From a virus: DNA of 21,452 bases. Under the pieces are notes generated by a model. It did not search any database and was not told the DNA's origin. It saw only the letters and a program-made list of their open reading frames with translations. Of the stretch, positions 16,375 through 21,452 are shown piece by piece (position 1 is the first letter of the stretch; every line of letters begins with the position of its first letter). Made by a program: the position numbers and the translations under genes. Location of the stretch: IMG/VR virus record IMGVR_UViG_3300020182_000020. One strand, written 5' to 3'.

Positions 16375-18894
16375 ATGGCAAAGTTAACTTCTGCGGCCTC
16401 TCTCGCGAGAGAAGAGGTTCAAATTGATGTTTCTTTACGTAACATCGATCTAACAAAAACCGCTACGCTGTCAGACGACGGAGTATCATTACAAGCACTA
16501 TACTCTTACCTGAAATCTGTTTGGCGACAAACAGACTTTACTGCTGGTGTAACAAGTGCGTCTTCATTAACTATCACATTAGATGCTGGCGACGCTAAGA
16601 TTCTTCCTGGTATGAAAGTTAGAATCCTTTCTGGTCCTGGTACCATTGGCGGGTCTGCTACTGGCGAAGGAACTGTTGATACTATTTCAGGTACATCATT
16701 GGTTCTATTGGCTGGTGGTGAAACCGCTTCAATGGATGCAACCACCGTATTAACAGTTATCAATCACTTGATTGAATACCCCTTTCCTCTCGTTGCAATT
16801 ACACCGGAACAATTTGAATTCCAGTTTGATTGGACGATGACCGACGCAACCGCTAAGAAACTTCTGCGTGATGCTGGTTGGCAGGAATTGGCATCGGGTG
16901 CTGTTGACGGTCCTAAGTATACTGGTATTATTTCACTGGGCACAATCGACACAGTAACAGGTGTATCTGTAACAGGTACTCCTGCGTCTGGACAAGCGGT
17001 CTTGCCTGTTAGTGATGCCTCTTCGTTGACCGTAGGTATGGAAGTTCGTGTTGTTTCTGGAACAGGTGTACTTGCGCCAAACACCAAAATCTTATCCATC
17101 GCCGGTAATAACGTAACTCTTGATACAAATATTTCTACAACCTTCGATAACGCTGAAACAATGTTGTTTGGTGACAGGGTTTATTATGCATTCTATAACA
17201 CTGCTACTGAAACTTGGACTACTCCTGTAGACTTCGACTTCCTTGGTACTGTTAATGAACCAATTTTAACCGATAATGGTGTCGATGATCCTGGCGATTT
17301 TACCAATCAGGTTCTTACCCTGTTTATCCGAACCGAAGGCAAGACTTACGGTAAATCTTCTTCAGTAGATATTGGTATTCCCGATATTGGTGGTACTGGT
17401 GCTGGTAACATTAACTTTCAGGTATATCGTTTCCCACTAAGTGAATCCGCAGATCTTAACTACTATGATGCTGATGGTTCGACTCCGGTCGAAACCGACG
17501 TGGCGATTCAAGCAGCTGATGCTGCTGGTGAAAAGTATGATGCTGTTACAGTTGCAACCACATTAATTGATACTTCCTCAGGAACAACTATTGACGTTGC
17601 GTCCGGACTGGGCGCTTCTGTTAAAGTCGGTTCTTTTGTTTATGACGAACAAGGATTGATTCCTCCGAATACTCAAGTAGTTTCTATAGCAACTGATGCT
17701 ATTACTATTAGTAACGCTTTGACTTCTAATACTATTGTTACTGGTGATGATGTACGATTCTGTAATGGACCTCACATTATATTCCATGCCACAGATCAAT
17801 CATCGGCTGATTACTTCGTTACTGATTTGAAAGCGCCTGGTGCTGCTTCAAGTTATGGTGTTACTATCAACGCTCGTGACGGCTCTTCTGGCAACCCTGG
17901 CACTTCATTATCATTGAAAGAACTTTATGTCTGGACGCAGTATCAACTACGTCAAGCAGGTTCAATCGACTTTGATGCTGACATTGAAGGAGGTAACGTA
18001 GGTGTTCAGAACGGTAAGACTTCTGACAATATGCTGACGTTTGTTGGCGCGGATTTACAATCGGTGAATCTATTGACGCCTAGTTCAGCTGCTTGGGGCG
18101 CGGGTAACTTAGACCGAGCAACTGTAACAGACGGTTCTGGTGTAATGTATTACAACTTCGCATCTTCTGTAATTGGTAACGTTAAACTGCGCGATAATAG
18201 CGGTGTGTTACATGCATTCCCCGTTATCTCTTCTGGTAAAATATCGTTTGGTGGTACTGGATCAACAATGTTGACCGATACTAATTCATCGTTTACTATG
18301 TTTATGACGTACTCTAGACAGTATAGTGTCGCGGATATGGCGATGACTTCATCTTCTGGCCAGACGGGAACTTTAACGGGTTCTGCAACATTACCCCTTA
18401 CGACGGCTGGGGATTACATTGATGTTAGTGGATTCCCCGAAGTAGGAAACAACGGTGTGTATCTGGTAGGTGGGACGCCCACCACTAGTGCTATTGACGT
18501 AACCCGAATTGACGATGTGACTCTTGCTGATGAGTCGGTCACTGGTACGACGGATAATTTCCGTTTTAATCCTGTCAACTCACCTGATGCCATTATTGTG
18601 TTGCAGACTGATCTCACTGAGATTCAGGGCAACATTGCTTCTGGCACTGGTACTCCTACGTTAACAGTAGAAAGCGCTGGTAAGGTGTTCGAATGGGACT
18701 TTGCTTATGATCAAAACACTCAACCTAATGAGTCTGCTGCTGAAAATCGTGTAGGTGGAACTGATGTTCCCGTAACAATTCGTGCAGTTGGTCAGGACAA
18801 AGCGCAGTGGACTGAAGTAACAGGTACTATTACTTCGGCGTCTGGACAAGAGTTTCAGGTGATTGCGCCTCTTGAAAGGAACTACGCGGCATAA
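16375..18894 (+). CDS. Large T/S/G-rich putative structural protein with four small repeated modules; ends LERNYAA
   Basis: 839 aa ORF with its own late promoter, SD and terminator. Beta-rich composition; repeated G-[M/S/D]-x-[V/I] modules. Function unknown. Confidence 0.7.
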   Translation: MAKLTSAASLAREEVQIDVSLRNIDLTKTATLSDDGVSLQALYSYLKSVWRQTDFTAGVTSASSLTITLDAGDAKILPGMKVRILSGPGTIGGSATGEGTVDTISGTSLVLLAGGETASMDATTVLTVINHLIEYPFPLVAITPEQFEFQFDWTMTDATAKKLLRDAGWQELASGAVDGPKYTGIISLGTIDTVTGVSVTGTPASGQAVLPVSDASSLTVGMEVRVVSGTGVLAPNTKILSIAGNNVTLDTNISTTFDNAETMLFGDRVYYAFYNTATETWTTPVDFDFLGTVNEPILTDNGVDDPGDFTNQVLTLFIRTEGKTYGKSSSVDIGIPDIGGTGAGNINFQVYRFPLSESADLNYYDADGSTPVETDVAIQAADAAGEKYDAVTVATTLIDTSSGTTIDVASGLGASVKVGSFVYDEQGLIPPNTQVVSIATDAITISNALTSNTIVTGDDVRFCNGPHIIFHATDQSSADYFVTDLKAPGAASSYGVTINARDGSSGNPGTSLSLKELYVWTQYQLRQAGSIDFDADIEGGNVGVQNGKTSDNMLTFVGADLQSVNLLTPSSAAWGAGNLDRATVTDGSGVMYYNFASSVIGNVKLRDNSGVLHAFPVISSGKISFGGTGSTMLTDTNSSFTMFMTYSRQYSVADMAMTSSSGQTGTLTGSATLPLTTAGDYIDVSGFPEVGNNGVYLVGGTPTTSAIDVTRIDDVTLADESVTGTTDNFRFNPVNSPDAIIVLQTDLTEIQGNIASGTGTPTLTVESAGKVFEWDFAYDQNTQPNESAAENRVGGTDVPVTIRAVGQDKAQWTEVTGTITSASGQEFQVIAPLERNYAA

Positions 18895-18900
18895 TAAATA
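18893..18900 (+). promoter_or_regulatory. Possible variant late promoter AATAAATA
   Basis: One mismatch to consensus, overlapping the stop codon and immediately before a hairpin; same layout as the g19-g20 gap. Confidence 0.4.
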
Positions 18901-18909
18901 CGAGTGAAA

Positions 18910-18936
18910 GGGGGGAGTTTCTCCCCCCACTTTTTT
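18910..18936 (+). terminator. Rho-independent terminator
   Basis: GGGGGGAG-TTT-CTCCCCCC stem-loop followed by AC and T6, 15 nt after the stop codon. Confidence 0.88.
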
Positions 18937-18952
18937 AACTAAAGGATTAATT

Positions 18953-19243
18953 ATGAGAATATCAATTTCTAACGCAGCTGGGATTTTGTCTTTAACCGAA
19001 GACGAAGTTTTAATGGAATCACAAACCTGTGACGACCTAACCGCACACTACCTTGTTCCTTCTGATATGATATATAACGATGATGGTACTGTTCAGTTTG
19101 TGGACGGTAACCCAGACGCATCGTGGGAATTTGAAATGGAAGAAGTTCTTGCCTATAAACAAGCCTTGGATGAGAAACGACAAGCAGAAGGTGCGAAGAA
19201 ACTATCTGCCGCAGTTAAGGCTGCATTAGATTTAGAGGACTAA
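18953..19243 (+). CDS. Small acidic protein, possible Xis/MerR-like (HTH_17-type) fold
   Basis: AAGGA SD. Pattern ISISNAAGILSLTEDEV...LTAH...WEFEMEEVLAYK resembles xxxEAAxxLGVSxxTV...L.A...WRFxxxDLxxF. Confidence 0.55.
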   Translation: MRISISNAAGILSLTEDEVLMESQTCDDLTAHYLVPSDMIYNDDGTVQFVDGNPDASWEFEMEEVLAYKQALDEKRQAEGAKKLSAAVKAALDLED

Positions 19244-21166
19244 ATGGCGGCAAGATCCTATACAACAGATTTAACTGATTTCGAAACCTTCGAAGGAACT
19301 CCAGGCACATCTCTTGTTGAAATGACGGGATTTCTTACTACCCAGCAAAACACCTTTGATAATGAGGACCCTGATAACCCAATTCAAGGCACCCAACACG
19401 GTTCCGTGGCTCAGAGAACGACTGGTGCCGGATCGATTGTTGTTGAAGCTGGAACTGGAGTTACGTTAGCCGCAGGTGAAGCATTCTTTTTCTGGGGAGT
19501 ATTTCTACAGGCTAGAGCTGTTGATCTTTTTGCAAACGATGGTATCGTTGGTTTTGTAGGCACAGGTACCGGAGATTATTACAGATGGACAATTGGCGGA
19601 AGTGACTTTGGTCGTAACCCATACGGTGGTTATGCAAATTACGTTATCGATCCTACCATCGCTACAGGTAGAACCCCTCAGGGAACTCCTGGTACTACTT
19701 ATACACACGTAGGATGGGGCGCAAATGTAATTGCTGCTATTGCAAAGGGTTCACCTTATAACATTGACGTTATTCGATATGGTCGTGGTGAAATTATTGT
19801 TACTGGTGGCACTACTCCCGATCCGGCTGCTGATTTTGATAATATGGCCATTGAAAACGATTTAAACGCGAATCGATGGGGGCTTTTCCAGGAGCAGTTT
19901 GGTTCATATCTTTGGAAAGGATTATTATCGCTTGGGACTACGGCAACGGCAGTAGACTTTCAAGATTCTAACCGAGTTATCACTTGTGATAATACTTTAC
20001 GTGTAGCAGCCTCATTCAATAGAATCGAAGTTAATAACACTGCTTCTAATGTCGATTGGGATGGGATTAACATCTCTGCACTTGGTACGGTTGCTCGTGG
20101 CCAGTTTGAAATGATCGATGGTGCGACATTAGATTTTAATACTTGTGTATTCACTGACATGGACACCTTCATCTTTAATAAAGGTACGGGCAAATGTGAT
20201 CTATTAAATAATACATGGACAAGATGTAGAGCGGTCACTCAGGGTGGAGCAACCATTACCGATTGCGTTTTCAACAATACAGATTCGGTTGCTACAGAAT
20301 CTCTTGTCTCCACATCGGCTACCATTGTATCGGTCACTGATTGTTCATTTGTTAGAGCAACCGGCACTGTTAACGCTGTAAGAATTAGTGATACAATTTC
20401 CACTGATACTACAGTTATTTGGGACGGGAATCAGTTAACAGGTTATGGAACTGGTGTGACTGGAACTGGGGTGTCAAGTACTGCTGGTGGTGCTATCCAA
20501 GCAACTTTAGCCTCGAGTGCAGTATTAACAATCAATGTCATAAATGAGGCAAGTATACCTACAGTGGAATTTACTGGCACAGGCACTGTCAACGTTGCCG
20601 TCATTATTCCCGTAACAATCTCTGGTCTTCTAGGCAATACAGAAGTTTCGGTTCTACAAAACCCATCACCCTACTCGCTAGGGGGAGCTTCTCCAACATC
20701 ATTGTTTAATGAAGACGTTCTTTCAGCAGTCACAGGTACAGACATCGACTTAGACACTGATGGCACTGCAAATATAATACAAATACTTAGCACAACAACA
20801 GATTTCACGACGATGGGTTTGGTAAATGGAGATAAAGTTCGAGTATCACAAAGAAGTAATCTTAAAATCTTTGATACGTATACAGTAGACGGCGCACCCA
20901 CGGCAACCGTAATCAATGTTACTGACGTTGCATCTTCGACTAGTAAATTACCCGATATAATAGACTCTCCTGGTGAAACAGTCACAGTAGAAAAAGTAGG
21001 TGCATCGTATTCTTTTGAAGTGGAAGATGGACAGGTCGTAGACATCTTAGCGTTCAGAGTAGGTAGTTTACCTATTTACCAATTGACTCAAACAATATCA
21101 ATAACAAACAATTCGTTTCCATTGACACAAACTGTCGACAGAAACTTCGATGCTTTTGAAGTATAA
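19244..21166 (+). CDS. Putative structural/adhesin protein: N-terminal beta-sandwich, central beta-helix, C-terminal Ig-like domain ending VDRNF
   Basis: 640 aa; GAGGA SD. Beta-helix-like rungs DFNTCVF, LLNNTW, ITDCVF, VTDCSF, WDGNQL. Domain calls are pattern-based. Confidence 0.65.
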   Translation: MAARSYTTDLTDFETFEGTPGTSLVEMTGFLTTQQNTFDNEDPDNPIQGTQHGSVAQRTTGAGSIVVEAGTGVTLAAGEAFFFWGVFLQARAVDLFANDGIVGFVGTGTGDYYRWTIGGSDFGRNPYGGYANYVIDPTIATGRTPQGTPGTTYTHVGWGANVIAAIAKGSPYNIDVIRYGRGEIIVTGGTTPDPAADFDNMAIENDLNANRWGLFQEQFGSYLWKGLLSLGTTATAVDFQDSNRVITCDNTLRVAASFNRIEVNNTASNVDWDGINISALGTVARGQFEMIDGATLDFNTCVFTDMDTFIFNKGTGKCDLLNNTWTRCRAVTQGGATITDCVFNNTDSVATESLVSTSATIVSVTDCSFVRATGTVNAVRISDTISTDTTVIWDGNQLTGYGTGVTGTGVSSTAGGAIQATLASSAVLTINVINEASIPTVEFTGTGTVNVAVIIPVTISGLLGNTEVSVLQNPSPYSLGGASPTSLFNEDVLSAVTGTDIDLDTDGTANIIQILSTTTDFTTMGLVNGDKVRVSQRSNLKIFDTYTVDGAPTATVINVTDVASSTSKLPDIIDSPGETVTVEKVGASYSFEVEDGQVVDILAFRVGSLPIYQLTQTISITNNSFPLTQTVDRNFDAFEV

Positions 21167-21169
21167 ATA
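21162..21169 (+). promoter_or_regulatory. T4-type late promoter TATAAATA
   Basis: Exact consensus overlapping the TAA stop at 21164-21166, upstream of AGGA and the ATG at 21204. Confidence 0.8.
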
Positions 21170-21203
21170 GAAAGATAACAACAGAATTTAACAGGATTTA
21201 AAC

Positions 21204-21452
21204 ATGGCAGGCGAAAAGCGATTTACTAGGATACCACCGGAGAGTACTGGCGACCGTTTGTACATGGTCCATACTGCCGAGATCGAATTTGTTCAAAAAT
21301 TAGATGTACAAGGTGGAGATACCGATCACGTTTGGAATATTGGTAAACGATATGACATTGTTGGATTTTTAGGTGGTGATGTTCACGTTCACGGTGTTTA
21401 TGATAAAGGTGATGGTACAGGTATTCTTGCGGTTCACTACAACGCATCTGCT
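21204..21452 (+). CDS. 3'-truncated hypothetical late protein (MAGEKRFTRIPPESTGDRLYMVHTAEIEF...)
   Basis: Not in the supplied ORF track. ATG with AGGA SD and late promoter; frame is open to the window end. Confidence 0.75.
   Translation, partial: MAGEKRFTRIPPESTGDRLYMVHTAEIEFVQKLDVQGGDTDHVWNIGKRYDIVGFLGGDVHVHGVYDKGDGTGILAVHYNASA

Overview
A 21.5 kb, entirely + strand, late (structural) region of a T4-like myovirus, resembling uncultured aquatic T4-like phages (host not identifiable). A contiguous core block g16 (TerS), g17 (TerL), g18 (sheath), g19 (tube), g20 (portal) has T4 late promoters (TATAAATA) and two hairpins. Accessory islands flank it on both sides. Upstream is a tandem array of at least six paralogous putative adhesin genes: a shared N-terminal anchor plus a variable head (four complete six-repeat Kelch-like propellers, one partial, one SPRY-like). 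It is followed directly by a PAPS-dependent sulfotransferase and a two-domain 2OG-Fe(II) oxygenase. Downstream, where g67/g68/g21 normally sit, is an island of at least 6 kb following a C-terminally extended portal: a collagen-like protein, two large beta-rich proteins that share inserted small modules and a C-terminal [D/E]RN[Y/F] motif, an acidic HTH-like protein and a truncated ORF. The best candidates for undescribed systems are (i) a virion-surface modification system (Pro-rich loops and clustered Asp-Ser motifs beside modifying enzymes) and (ii) a portal-linked appendage/filament module. All calls come from reading motifs by eye; no searches were run.
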